From Candidatus Levyibacteriota bacterium (lineage in GTDB: Bacteria > Patescibacteriota > Microgenomatia > Levybacterales > UBA12049): a stretch of 64,000 nucleotides of DNA. A model generated the notes under the pieces. The model did not search any database. It saw only the letters and a program-made list of their open reading frames with translations, and was not told the DNA's origin. The stretch is from assembly GCA_003152105.1 (NCBI GenBank), contig PLZJ01000002.1, positions 405,682 through 469,681 on the forward strand, given 5' to 3'. Positions 38,478 to 48,838 of this stretch are shown piece by piece; the stretch's first letter is position 1; every line of letters starts with the position of its first letter. Position numbers and translations under genes: made by a program.

Positions 38478-39101
38478 TTGACAGCTATATACAGATTCTC
38501 TCATTTCTTTTTTGGTATAATTACATTATTGAAAGACGATAAAACAAGGTGTAGGTGGGCAGAAACAGATCCGTTAAATGGTGCGTATCATGATGAAGAA
38601 TGGGGCGTTCCAGTTCATAATGACAAAAAACTTTTTGAAATGTTGATACTCGAGGGTGCGCAAGCGGGATTATCATGGATAACAATTTTAAAAAAAAGAG
38701 AAAATTATGAAAAAGCGTTTGACTCATTTGATGTTGAGAAAATTGCAAAATATAATATAGACAAAGTAAATTCACTACTTTCCAATAGTGGTATTATCCG
38801 CAATAAGCGCAAAATAAACGCTACCGTTCAAAATGCTAAATCATACATTTTGATACAAAATGAATTTGGGAGTTTTGATCGATATATCTGGCAATTTGTT
38901 AGAAATAAAACAATTAAAAATCATATAAAAGGTATGAGTGGTTATCAAACTAAATCAAATGAATCTGTTGCAATGAGTAAAGATTTACTAAAAAGAGGAT
39001 TTAAGTTTGTTGGTCCTACGATCTGCTATGCATTTATGCAAGCAGTAGGAATGGTCAATGATCATCAAATGCAGTGTTTTCGTTACAATCAAGTTGCTTA
39101 A
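38478..39101 (+). CDS. tag: DNA-3-methyladenine glycosylase I
   Basis: RCRWAETDPLNGAYHDEEWGVP and LILEGAQAGLSW motifs diagnostic for Tag; zinc Cys/His present. Confidence 0.8.
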   Translation: MTAIYRFSHFFFGIITLLKDDKTRCRWAETDPLNGAYHDEEWGVPVHNDKKLFEMLILEGAQAGLSWITILKKRENYEKAFDSFDVEKIAKYNIDKVNSLLSNSGIIRNKRKINATVQNAKSYILIQNEFGSFDRYIWQFVRNKTIKNHIKGMSGYQTKSNESVAMSKDLLKRGFKFVGPTICYAFMQAVGMVNDHQMQCFRYNQVA

Positions 39102-39146
39102 CATCAATTTCTACTGATAAATGTTTTTTAAGGTATAATAAGTGAC

Positions 39147-40271
39147 ATGTTAGATACAAAGTCGAGGTTAAGATTTCTCCCAATTCATATTATCAATCCT
39201 TTAGCAAATAAAGAAAAAGCTCTCCATTCTGCTGAAGAGCTCGAATCACTTGTTGTGACATTTGGTGGAAATATTGTTTCTAGAGTTATGCAAAAACGAG
39301 AAAATCCAGATAATCAGACATATATCGGTAAAGGTAAAGTGCAAGAGGTATTAGAAATAGTTAAAGAGAATCGTGTTGACGTAGTAGTACTTAGCACGAT
39401 GGCAAAACCACGACAAATTCATGAACTAAAACTCTTACTTGAAAAAGCTAATCCTTTGATAGAAGTTTGGGATAGAACTGATTTAATTTTAAATATATTT
39501 GATAAACATGCATCAACTACTGAAGCAAAGCTTCAAATTGAACTTGCTCGAATGAGATATATGGGGCCGAGGATATACGGAATGGGTTATGTGCTTTCTA
39601 GACAAGGAGGAGGAGTTGGAACTTCAGGTATTGGAGAAACAAACACAGAACTTATGAAACGACATTGGAGAAATGAGATGAAAAAAATTACTAATCAATT
39701 GGAAAAAATAAGTAGCGATAAGCAAAATCAATTAAGCAGGAGAAAAAGAGCTGGTTTAAAAACGGTTTCGCTGGTCGGATATACAAATGCAGGGAAGAGT
39801 TCACTCTTTAATCTTTTAACTGGAAAAAAAACACTAGTTGAAAATGTTTTATTTGCGACGCTCGATAGTTCGGCTGGAAAAATATATATGCCAAAATTAC
39901 ATTCAGATGTTTTAATAACTGATACAATTGGTTTTATTCGTAACTTATCCACACAGCTTGTTAATGCATTTAAATCAACGCTTATGGAATCGTTACATGC
40001 AGATCTATTACTTCATGTAATAGATGTATCAGATCCAGAAGTAGATGACAAAATTCATGTTGTAACAAGTATTTTAGAAGATTTGGGCAGAAATAATGAT
40101 AGCGTAGTATATGTGTTTAATAAATGCGATTTTGTAAGTCAGGAAGCCAAAGATTTGTTAAAAGAAAAATATAGTCAAAATAGCCCATTATTTATTTCGG
40201 TTAAAACAAAAGATGGAATCATTGAGCTTGAGAACGTAATTTCGGATAGATTACTTTCGACTAGTTACTAA
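39147..40271 (+). CDS. hflX: GTPase HflX
   Basis: HflX N-domain then G-domain (GYTNAGKSSLFN, DTIGF, NKCD); 374 aa. Confidence 0.8.
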   Translation: MLDTKSRLRFLPIHIINPLANKEKALHSAEELESLVVTFGGNIVSRVMQKRENPDNQTYIGKGKVQEVLEIVKENRVDVVVLSTMAKPRQIHELKLLLEKANPLIEVWDRTDLILNIFDKHASTTEAKLQIELARMRYMGPRIYGMGYVLSRQGGGVGTSGIGETNTELMKRHWRNEMKKITNQLEKISSDKQNQLSRRKRAGLKTVSLVGYTNAGKSSLFNLLTGKKTLVENVLFATLDSSAGKIYMPKLHSDVLITDTIGFIRNLSTQLVNAFKSTLMESLHADLLLHVIDVSDPEVDDKIHVVTSILEDLGRNNDSVVYVFNKCDFVSQEAKDLLKEKYSQNSPLFISVKTKDGIIELENVISDRLLSTSY

Positions 40272-40293
40272 TATAGCTTTTGAGGAAGGAAGT

Positions 40294-40725
40294 TTATTCT
40301 TTAGCAACAAACCAATTATTACCAATTCCCTCTCCGTTTGTGTCTCCGGATTTTTGGTCGCCGCTGTAGTAGTATAATGGTTTTGCTTTATACGCGTATT
40401 GAAATTGCCCATCGCTGCGTTTAAATATTGTAATATTTCTAAGTAGTTTTGCATGTTGCGTCGCAATATATGCCGGCCAAATTTTTAAACATGTATTTGT
40501 ACATCGACTGACATCCTCACTGTCTTTGGTAAACGTATAGAGACTAAATCCTTTAGTGTCTGTTATAAAACTACCTAAGGTTGAGTTTTTTTGCACGTTT
40601 ATTGCATTGCTTTGGGTTGGATTTGTTGTCCCTGTTTGTTTTTTATTTTGTAACCATGTAATAGAAAAATAACCAACGATTACAACAAGAACGCCAAGCA
40701 GTAACAAGAAATAGATTTTATTCAT
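40294..40725 (-). CDS. secreted protein of the COG4315 / secreted-repeat (Lipoprotein_15) family
   Basis: signal anchor; C-terminal YYYSGDQKSGDTNGEGIGNNWFV motif; paralog of 56520-57083. Confidence 0.6.
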   Translation of the reverse strand: MNKIYFLLLLGVLVVIVGYFSITWLQNKKQTGTTNPTQSNAINVQKNSTLGSFITDTKGFSLYTFTKDSEDVSRCTNTCLKIWPAYIATQHAKLLRNITIFKRSDGQFQYAYKAKPLYYYSGDQKSGDTNGEGIGNNWFVAKE

Positions 40726-40831
40726 AGGAACTAACTTAACTATTACTAAGTTAGTTTAGTATGTGAAAGATTCTGTCGTCAAGTATGAAAGATTTTCTAT
40801 TGACAGCACAGTTTATAATGTAACATACTAA

Positions 40832-43800
40832 ATGAATACTATAGCAACAGATAGTAATTTTCTAATGCCAGAATTATTGTCGAATAATCAATCCATTATA
40901 AGCCGACAATTACACATACTCATTAAAAAATGGAGTAATTTTTACTCAGCGCAGTCTACGCTTACAAGAACTGGGCTTGTGGCAATTGCACTAATCGCAG
41001 TTTCATCTCCAATTTTTGCTGCTAATCTTTTAATACACGCAACTGCCGTTAGTTCTCAAAGAATTGAAGCAGAATCCGCAACTCTAACTGGATCTGCACA
41101 ACTTGTTCAAGACAGTAATGCTTCTGGGGGACAAGCACTTGGCTTGAACATGTCGTCTCTTTCTCCAACCCCTTCTTCTTCTCCAACGCTTACCCCAACA
41201 CCTACCAGTACGCCTGTAACAGCAACCCCAACTCCATCTCCTTCTGGAGGACAACCACAACCATTGCCAATTATTTCACGAAATGTTCCTGTCTATGCAT
41301 CTTCTGCACAATATCCTGCTAGTCAAGTAAATGATAATAGTTTTGATACTGAATGGAGATCTAGCGGTCCAGCATGGATTGCATTTGATCTTTCATCTGT
41401 ACCAACTCAAAAGCGAGGAAAGGTTGATATTGTATGGTATGGGAATTGTTGTTCATATGATAATTCAATATCGGGAACAGGCGCATATAATCTTCCTGGT
41501 AGTTACACCATAGAAGCAAATGCAGCACCTGGGGGTTTAGGAAGTTCCCCTGCTTCAGGATGGGTGGTAATACAAACTGTTTCCAATAATACATATCATT
41601 CACGACAATTACTTACTGATTTAACAGGATATAACTGGATTCGAATGAATGTGAGCGCCGTAGATGGATCTTCGCAAAATGAAGATGTAGCAATAAATCT
41701 TGATATACATGATGTAAGTACTGCTGGGAATGATAATTGGATTTTTTACGGAGATTCAATAACCGAGGGTTCAATGGGACAATCCACTTTAAATGGAGTT
41801 TTATCGTTTCAGCAACTAATTAATGCACACAGTTCTGCAAATACTCCACTTGAGGAAAATGGGGGAATTGGGTATCAAACTACCTCATCTGCACTTTCTT
41901 ACTTACCAACACAGCTAGCCTTGTTCCCTGGTAAGTATGTTGGTTTGTCATATGGAACAAATGATGCACTGGGGGGAGTAGATCCGACAACGTTTTATAA
42001 TAATTATGTTTCACTTGTTAACCTAGTTTTGAATGCTGGGAAAATTCCTATTGTGCCAACAATTCCTTGGGGATGCACAAGTTCATTAACAACAAATGTA
42101 CCTATTTTAAATCAACAAATCGAAAACTTATACACTAACTTTCCACAAATCATCCATGGCCCGGATCTATACACCTATTTTCAAAATAACCAAAGTATGG
42201 TCAATCAGACAAGTTCAGATTGTATACATCCATCACCTTCAGTAGGGATGGGTGCATACAGACAGCAATGGGCAAATACCATGATAGCAGAAGTATATAG
42301 TGGTTCTGGAGTACCTACGCCCACACTTACATCTACGCCAACACCTACTCCAACCCTTGCTCCGACTACAGCTCCTTCAATTACACAAAGTCCACAACCT
42401 TCCTATACTGGCATATCTATTAGTGGTAATAAAATAGTAAACTCGTCAGGTCAACAGGTAATTTTACGTGGTGTAGATCGTTCAGGTTCAGAATATGCTT
42501 GCGAACAAGGGTGGGGAATATTTGATGGACCTTCAGATGACGCGTCTGTAAAGGCAATGAAAAGTTGGGGTATAAATGGAGTAAATGTTGGAATAAATGA
42601 AGATTGTTGGTTAGGAATAAATGGAGTAAATGCAGCATATGCAGGAGCAAATTACATTAGTGCAATTCAAACTTATGTTCAGACGCTTGAAAATAATAAT
42701 ATTTATCCGGTAATTGCGCTCTTTTGGGAAGCACCAGGATCAACGCTTGCAACAGGTCAAACCTCTATGCCAGATGCTGATCATGCTACCGCATTATGGC
42801 AATCTGTAGCTAACACGTTTAAAAATGATCCGCATGTCATTTTTAGGCTAAAGGAAGAACCATTTCCTAATAATAATTCTGACAGTACTGCTGCATGGCA
42901 ATGTTGGTTAAATGGTGGATCGTCCTGTAGTGAAGGCTATAATGTCGTTGGTATGCAGTCACTAATTACTACAATTAGAAATACTGGTGCAACAAATATA
43001 ATTCAAGTCCCCGGTATTGAATATGCAAATCAAATGGATCAGTTTTTAACATATAAACCAACTGATCCAAATAATAATGAAATGGCTGTTGTTGATGTGT
43101 ACCCAGACTTAAATCCTTGCGGCTCTACTGCTTGTTATGACAGTCAATATGCACCTATCATAGCGCAAATTCCTTTTATGGCTGGAGAGTTTGGAGAAAG
43201 CGTAAATGGGAATATCTGCGGAGTGACAAATTCTAACACATTTATGAATTGGATGGATCAGCATAATTCTGGCTACTTTGCGTGGACATGGGATACATGG
43301 GGCACAACTTGTGGCGATTTGTCTCTTATCACCGATTATTCAGGAACTCCAAAAACGCCAAATGGTACAAACTTTAAATCTCACCTGTCTTCACTAGGTC
43401 TTGCAAGCCTCGATAAGTCTCCTCTTAAAAATAACAACTTTGCGAGTAATTTTGTTCAAAATGCGTTTGCTCAGACAGTTTCTGCCACCTCAATATGGTC
43501 AGATGGCTATTATCCTGGGTGGCAACAGAGTGGATATCCTCCAAGTAGTATTCCATGGGATGCTATAACTGAACTTGATCAGTTTTCAGTAATGACTGGT
43601 AGTGCGGATAATGGATCAATAAACACTACTGCGCACTCACTAACCCCAGCATATATGAATGCAGCAGTTGCGGCTGCACATGCACACAATAAAAAAATTC
43701 TTATTACTATTGGTGGAGCTGATGATAATAATTGGACTTATGCTTGTAATGCAAGTAATAGAGCAACGTTTATCAGTAATCTTGTAGCGCTTGTTCCACA

Positions 43801-45760
43801 GTACGGATACGATGGTATTGATCTTGATATAGAACAATCAGTAAACGCTTCGGATTTATTAGCTTGTGTTTCAGGTATTAGATCTGCGCTAAATACTATT
43901 AATCCTAATTTAATCTTGAATGAAGCAGGAGATCCTGATTGGGAAGGACCAATGATTGCACCTGTTGCTTCTTACTTAAACCATATAAATCTCATGACTT
44001 ACAACGGTTCAGCTTCGACTCTTTCAACTGAAGTAGCAAAGTACACAAGTTTAGGTGTGCCTACAGATAAGCTTGGGGTTGGCATAGGACTTGAGCCACC
44101 TGAAGCAGATGTTTCTAATCCTTCAGATTGTGCAGCAAAAACAAATTATGCAATAAACAATGCATTAGGTGGCGTTATGGAATGGACAATACCTGATGAT
44201 TCTCTTGATAATAATGGTACTACTCCTTGCCTATCGCAAGTAGCAAGTATTCTTACTTCATTACCAACAGGAACTGGCATACCAAGTCCAACACAACCGC
44301 CTACACCTACTGATACGGGAATTCCAAGTCCAACAACAACTCCTTGTTCTGTAACTCCTCCTACTGGTACAGGAATGGCAACTTTAAACAATGTTTCTCT
44401 TGATGCCAGTGGAACATATTCTATTTTTACGAGAATGCAAGTACCAGCGCTTGGTAATTCATATTACTTACAAGTAGATAATGGGTGTGCACAAAAAATA
44501 GCCGATGTAAATAACATAAATACCTATGATTGGATTGCGAGTGGAACAGTTAACAATACCGTCGGTACGCCACATACGGTTGTTTTGTATGGAAATGAGG
44601 CAAATGTTTTGATAGATGAATTAATTTTTTCTCAAAATTGCTTACCAACTGGACTTGGTGATAATTGTATAAATGGAGTAACAGTAACGCCGACGCCAGT
44701 TTTACCAACAATTACTCCAACACCAACTACTGTTCCAACAAGTCAAACTCTTACTATTTATGACAATTCGGTTTCCACTAAATATTACGATGCACCATAT
44801 GGTGCTACAGTTCATAATGCATGTGATACTGCCAAATTTGTTTCATCTCCTTGCTCGTATAGCATTGCCACCTCAGCATGGGGTGCTGCTGATTTCCAAC
44901 CTGCTGGTTATGTTGGGATGAATTCTGCTGGATATAATTTGTTAACATTTGCGATTAATCCAAACGGACAACCATTATCTGATTTTGGAGTTGAAATGAC
45001 ATTTAATTCTGGGAGTACTGGAATTGTGTTGACAAATAACAATGCGCAGTTGCTATCTAATGGTTGGTATAAAGTTAGTATTCCTATGTCTCAACTTAAT
45101 CCTAACAATCTCCTATTTTATTCAATTCAATTTAAGAGTCAGATAAATGGTAATTTAAACACAGTGTATTATGACGATATACAATTAGTTGGAGTAACTC
45201 CTTCATCTACTCCTGTTCCAACCGTTACAGTAACACCAACGCAAATTCCAACAGTAACACCTCTACCAACAAATATTCCAACTGCAACGCCAACAATTAC
45301 TCCTTCTGGAAAAACATTAACTGTTTATACTAATTCAGTTTCCAGTAGTTTTATAAATGCACCTTATGGAGCAATATCCCATAATTCTTGTGACACCTCA
45401 ACTTTTGTTTCATCTCCTTGCTCGTATAGCATTGCTACCTCAGCATGGGGTGCTGCTGATTTCCAACCTGCAGGCTACAAACCATTAAGCACTTCGGGGT
45501 ACGGGGTATTACATTTTGAGATTAATCCAAACGGACAACCATTATCTGATTTTGCAGCAAGTATGACATTTTCATCTGGAAACAAACAGGTGATCTTATC
45601 CTTGAATAATGCAAGTAGCCTCTCAAATGGGTGGTACGCGGTAACTATTCCGCTCTCTCAACTTAATCCCAAAAACCAAGCAATTTCTTCAATTCAATTT
45701 AAGAGTCAGATAAATGGTAATTTAAACACAGTGTATTATGACGATATTAAGCTTCAGTAA
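40832..45760 (+). CDS. giant secreted multidomain carbohydrate-active protein: discoidin(F5/8C)-like + SGNH esterase + GH5 + GH18 + beta-sandwich + 2x CBM-like repeats, joined by Pro/Thr linkers
   Basis: signal anchor; NDNSFDTEWR discoidin motif; GDSITEG and DCIHPS SGNH block I/V; GH5 LKEEP and GEFG; GH18 DGIDLDIEQ, MTYN, GGVMEW; five P/T-rich linkers; C-terminal 189-aa domain duplicated. Confidence 0.75.
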   Translation: MNTIATDSNFLMPELLSNNQSIISRQLHILIKKWSNFYSAQSTLTRTGLVAIALIAVSSPIFAANLLIHATAVSSQRIEAESATLTGSAQLVQDSNASGGQALGLNMSSLSPTPSSSPTLTPTPTSTPVTATPTPSPSGGQPQPLPIISRNVPVYASSAQYPASQVNDNSFDTEWRSSGPAWIAFDLSSVPTQKRGKVDIVWYGNCCSYDNSISGTGAYNLPGSYTIEANAAPGGLGSSPASGWVVIQTVSNNTYHSRQLLTDLTGYNWIRMNVSAVDGSSQNEDVAINLDIHDVSTAGNDNWIFYGDSITEGSMGQSTLNGVLSFQQLINAHSSANTPLEENGGIGYQTTSSALSYLPTQLALFPGKYVGLSYGTNDALGGVDPTTFYNNYVSLVNLVLNAGKIPIVPTIPWGCTSSLTTNVPILNQQIENLYTNFPQIIHGPDLYTYFQNNQSMVNQTSSDCIHPSPSVGMGAYRQQWANTMIAEVYSGSGVPTPTLTSTPTPTPTLAPTTAPSITQSPQPSYTGISISGNKIVNSSGQQVILRGVDRSGSEYACEQGWGIFDGPSDDASVKAMKSWGINGVNVGINEDCWLGINGVNAAYAGANYISAIQTYVQTLENNNIYPVIALFWEAPGSTLATGQTSMPDADHATALWQSVANTFKNDPHVIFRLKEEPFPNNNSDSTAAWQCWLNGGSSCSEGYNVVGMQSLITTIRNTGATNIIQVPGIEYANQMDQFLTYKPTDPNNNEMAVVDVYPDLNPCGSTACYDSQYAPIIAQIPFMAGEFGESVNGNICGVTNSNTFMNWMDQHNSGYFAWTWDTWGTTCGDLSLITDYSGTPKTPNGTNFKSHLSSLGLASLDKSPLKNNNFASNFVQNAFAQTVSATSIWSDGYYPGWQQSGYPPSSIPWDAITELDQFSVMTGSADNGSINTTAHSLTPAYMNAAVAAAHAHNKKILITIGGADDNNWTYACNASNRATFISNLVALVPQYGYDGIDLDIEQSVNASDLLACVSGIRSALNTINPNLILNEAGDPDWEGPMIAPVASYLNHINLMTYNGSASTLSTEVAKYTSLGVPTDKLGVGIGLEPPEADVSNPSDCAAKTNYAINNALGGVMEWTIPDDSLDNNGTTPCLSQVASILTSLPTGTGIPSPTQPPTPTDTGIPSPTTTPCSVTPPTGTGMATLNNVSLDASGTYSIFTRMQVPALGNSYYLQVDNGCAQKIADVNNINTYDWIASGTVNNTVGTPHTVVLYGNEANVLIDELIFSQNCLPTGLGDNCINGVTVTPTPVLPTITPTPTTVPTSQTLTIYDNSVSTKYYDAPYGATVHNACDTAKFVSSPCSYSIATSAWGAADFQPAGYVGMNSAGYNLLTFAINPNGQPLSDFGVEMTFNSGSTGIVLTNNNAQLLSNGWYKVSIPMSQLNPNNLLFYSIQFKSQINGNLNTVYYDDIQLVGVTPSSTPVPTVTVTPTQIPTVTPLPTNIPTATPTITPSGKTLTVYTNSVSSSFINAPYGAISHNSCDTSTFVSSPCSYSIATSAWGAADFQPAGYKPLSTSGYGVLHFEINPNGQPLSDFAASMTFSSGNKQVILSLNNASSLSNGWYAVTIPLSQLNPKNQAISSIQFKSQINGNLNTVYYDDIKLQ
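44740..45757 (+). repeat. intragenic tandem duplication (two ~567-nt copies) encoding the C-terminal CBM-like domains of the giant protein
   Basis: 60 nt identical at 45121-45180 vs 45688-45747; 61/62 identical at about 44840 vs 45406; 34 nt identical at 44954 vs 45521; constant 567-nt offset. Confidence 0.7.
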
Positions 45761-45849
45761 ACTTGAGTTGTCCCATACGCAATATATAAGACGCAATTGC
45801 ATATTTTCATTGTAAGGATTACGTGCTATTATAGTGACGAAAGGAATTA

Positions 45850-46227
45850 ATGTTTAAAGATACGAAGGCTTTTTCAGGTTTTTCAGTTGACGATATAAAT
45901 AAGGCAAAAGATTTTTATGGTCAGACACTCGGAATTACAGTAACCGAAGAGCATGGCATGCTTCAGTTACATTTTGGTACGACAATAGTGTTAATCTATT
46001 CAAAACAAAACCATAATCCGGCAACATATACTATGCTTAACTTTCCAGTTACCAATATTGATCACGCAGTTGATGAACTCACAAAAAAAGGCATACAAAT
46101 GGAACATTACGAAAACATGACTGACGAAAAAGGGATCGCAAGAGGAATAAAAAAGCATATGGGGCCTGATATAGCTTGGTTTAAAGATCCTGCTGGGAAT
46201 ATAGTATCAGTTCTACAAGAAAGTTAA
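45850..46227 (+). CDS. VOC/glyoxalase family protein
   Basis: 125 aa, paired beta-alpha-beta-beta-beta modules typical of glyoxalase/bleomycin-resistance fold ([13 protein letters not shown]...). Confidence 0.55.
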   Translation: MFKDTKAFSGFSVDDINKAKDFYGQTLGITVTEEHGMLQLHFGTTIVLIYSKQNHNPATYTMLNFPVTNIDHAVDELTKKGIQMEHYENMTDEKGIARGIKKHMGPDIAWFKDPAGNIVSVLQES

Positions 46228-46302
46228 TATATATAGACACAGAATGTGTCAATGTAGCAAGTAAACAAATAAGATCCTCAATTGTTATAAAATGTATTAA
46301 CT

Positions 46303-46812
46303 ATGTATAAATTACTACTGCATACGTGGAAGCGTTTATCTCTTGGCAAGACTTTTCAGATTACCATTCTACGATTTCTCAATGACCAATTCCTTATTGG
46401 TGTTACTGGCGTAATATTTAATGACAGTGAAGAAGTATTACTACTTAAGCATTCTTATCGTCGTGTTCCTTGGAGTTTACCAGGAGGATATTTAAAAGCA
46501 GGAGAGCATCCAAAAAGAGGATTGGAACGTGAAATAGCAGAGGAAACCAATTTTAAAGTTAAAGTAGAAAAAATAATTAAGACGGTTCACGATAAGGAGA
46601 CTGCAAGAATTGATATATGTTGTGTAGGGATATTTAAAAAGGGGACTTTTAAAAAAAGTGAAGAAGTAACTGAATTTGGTTTTTTCAATTTACATAAATT
46701 ACCACCACTTCTTGACGATCAATATAAGCAAATAGAAAGTGCAAACAAAAGGTGGAAAGATTTACATTCAAAGCCGTTATTTAAGCGAATTAGGAATATT
46801 TTCTCTTTTTAG
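46303..46812 (+). CDS. NUDIX hydrolase
   Basis: Nudix box [23 protein letters not shown]. Confidence 0.7.
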   Translation: MYKLLLHTWKRLSLGKTFQITILRFLNDQFLIGVTGVIFNDSEEVLLLKHSYRRVPWSLPGGYLKAGEHPKRGLEREIAEETNFKVKVEKIIKTVHDKETARIDICCVGIFKKGTFKKSEEVTEFGFFNLHKLPPLLDDQYKQIESANKRWKDLHSKPLFKRIRNIFSF

Positions 46813-47086
46813 TTATATTAAAATTATTCTCATTATGTAAAGCATTTTTCATTTTGTGCGAAAGTTTTTTTAGCGCAATTTCTCTCAGTATCGCTTCTTT
46901 ATGGGTATGAAACTGCTCAAAGTAGTGTAGAGCTACCGGTCTTCTTGTTTTCGTATATTTTGCTCCTCCTTGAAGCTTTCCGTTGTGCTGAAGGAGGCGT
47001 TTTTCTATATTTATTGTTTTCCCCGTATAATAGGTTCCATCATTGCAACGAAGTAAGTAAGTGAAATACAATTTATTCTTTAACAT
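46790..47086 (-). CDS. GIY-YIG nuclease family protein (UPF0213-like, 98 aa)
   Basis: [35 protein letters not shown] motif; overlaps NUDIX gene 3' end. Confidence 0.7.
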   Translation of the reverse strand: MLKNKLYFTYLLRCNDGTYYTGKTINIEKRLLQHNGKLQGGAKYTKTRRPVALHYFEQFHTHKEAILREIALKKLSHKMKNALHNENNFNITKKRKYS

Positions 47087-47146
47087 CTAAGTGTAGTATA
47101 GCGGATTTATCTTTGCCACGAACAGGCACAATTATCCTATAGCAAA

Positions 47147-47175
47147 TTGACATTTGTTTTTGTTTGTGATATGAT
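47147..47175 (+). promoter_or_regulatory. consensus sigma70 promoter with extended -10 (TTGACA-17-TGaTATGAT)
   Basis: TTGACA 47147-47152, 17-nt spacer, TG at 47167-68, TATGAT 47170-47175; about 185 nt upstream of RRM gene. Confidence 0.5.
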
Positions 47176-47358
47176 ATCTACATCTTGCAGATAGTACGTT
47201 GGTACTTCTGCTTATATTTGATTAATTTTTTAGTAAAGATAAAGATACCCTAGTTTATTCATTATCCACTTGTATCTTCAACTTTTAGAAAATATCTTCA
47301 CTTCCTAAGCAGATATATAAACGTAGTATTCATTTAATTTTTAAGGAAGGAGGAATAT

Positions 47359-47616
47359 ATGACAAATAAATTATTTATAGGTAGTCTTGATTATACAACT
47401 ACTGACGCACAACTAGATGCACATTTTGCTACTCTTGGAAAAGTACTTTCAGCTAAAGTTATTATTGATCGTTATACTGGTCAAGGTAAAGGCTTTGGTT
47501 TTGTAGAAATGGAAACACCAGAACTCGCAAAAGAAGCAATGGATAAACTAAACGGAACACAACTTAACGGGAGATCAATTGTGGTAAAGGAAGCTAAACC
47601 ACAAGAAAGAACGTAA
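47359..47616 (+). CDS. RRM-type RNA-binding protein
   Basis: RNP2 LFIGSL and RNP1 KGFGFVEM; 85 aa; strong SD AAGGAAGGAGG. Confidence 0.75.
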   Translation: MTNKLFIGSLDYTTTDAQLDAHFATLGKVLSAKVIIDRYTGQGKGFGFVEMETPELAKEAMDKLNGTQLNGRSIVVKEAKPQERT

Positions 47617-47619
47617 AGT

Positions 47620-48822
47620 ATGCGTAATTTTAGATATAACAACCAGAATCGAGGAAATCGTGACGTGCCTTCATTTTCAAAAGGTCCACGATTTCATCGT
47701 GGTGGTCGAAAAATAGAAAAGAAACTTGACCCAAACCTTTTTATTAAAAAAGCAGATATAGAATCTGCGGCAGAGAGTGTAGAAATCACAGCTCGATTTT
47801 CTGACTATCAGCTAGAAGATAAAATAAAAAGAAATATTGAACTTCATGGTTATAGTATTCCTACCTCTATTCAGGAGAAATCAATACCGCAAATTCTTCA
47901 AGGGAGAGATATTATAGGAATCGCAAATACTGGTACTGGAAAAACCGCCGCATTTTTAATAACACTCATAAATAAAGCATTTTTAGATCGCAATCAAAGA
48001 ATTCTTATTGTTGTTCCTACACGGGAACTGGCAATTCAAATAAGAGATGAATTTAAGCTATTTGCCAAAGGAACTGAACTTGAATCTGTGGTGCTTGTTG
48101 GTGGAGCAAATATAAAAAGACAAGTAATGCAACTTAATCATAGACCAAATTTTGTAGTCGGAACTCCCGGAAGATTAAAAGATTTAATTGTTCGTCGTAA
48201 CTTAAATTTACAGCTCTACCAAAACATCGTTTTAGATGAGGTAGATAGAATGGTTGATATAGGATTTATTAAAGATATAAAATATCTAATATCCCTTTTA
48301 CCTAAAGTTCGTCAATCCTTATTTTTTTCAGCAACGGTAGATGGGAAAACACAAGAAGTCCTTTCTGGTTTTGTTACAAATCCAGTAACTGTTTCAGTAA
48401 AACAACAATCTACCGCAAAAAATATAGAACAGGACATAATACGAGTAAATGGGGGAAAAGCAAAAGTTGAAGTACTTCATGATTTGTTAATTCAACCAGG
48501 TTTTGAAAAAGTTATCATTTTTGGTAAAACAAAATGGGGCATTCAAAAATTAACTAATGAACTAATTAATAGAGGATTTAATGCTACCGCAATACACGGT
48601 AATAAAAGTCAAAACCAAAGACAAAGAGCACTTCAGCAGTTTAAAAGCAATGAAGTACAAGTATTACTAGCAACAGATGTTGCTTCACGAGGACTTGATA
48701 TTGAAGATGTAACGCATGTCATAAATTATGATGCGCCAACCTCATATGACGATTATGTACATAGAATTGGTCGAACAGGAAGAGCTGGTAAACAAGGAAT
48801 AGCACTAACTTTCGTTGATTAG
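47620..48822 (+). CDS. DEAD-box ATP-dependent RNA helicase
   Basis: Q-motif, Walker A ANTGTGKT, DEVD box (LDEVDRM), SAT, HRIGRTGRAG; 400 aa. Confidence 0.85.
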   Translation: MRNFRYNNQNRGNRDVPSFSKGPRFHRGGRKIEKKLDPNLFIKKADIESAAESVEITARFSDYQLEDKIKRNIELHGYSIPTSIQEKSIPQILQGRDIIGIANTGTGKTAAFLITLINKAFLDRNQRILIVVPTRELAIQIRDEFKLFAKGTELESVVLVGGANIKRQVMQLNHRPNFVVGTPGRLKDLIVRRNLNLQLYQNIVLDEVDRMVDIGFIKDIKYLISLLPKVRQSLFFSATVDGKTQEVLSGFVTNPVTVSVKQQSTAKNIEQDIIRVNGGKAKVEVLHDLLIQPGFEKVIIFGKTKWGIQKLTNELINRGFNATAIHGNKSQNQRQRALQQFKSNEVQVLLATDVASRGLDIEDVTHVINYDAPTSYDDYVHRIGRTGRAGKQGIALTFVD

Positions 48823-48838
48823 TTTCCTCATCTAATTG

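Noticed and set aside
41150-45310. Repetitive ACxCCxAC(x) tracts (Pro/Thr codon runs) that look like short tandem repeats or a possible CRISPR-like periodicity
   Set aside because: They are in-frame PT-rich interdomain linkers of the giant protein (PTPTPT...). There are no direct repeats with unique spacers, so no CRISPR array.
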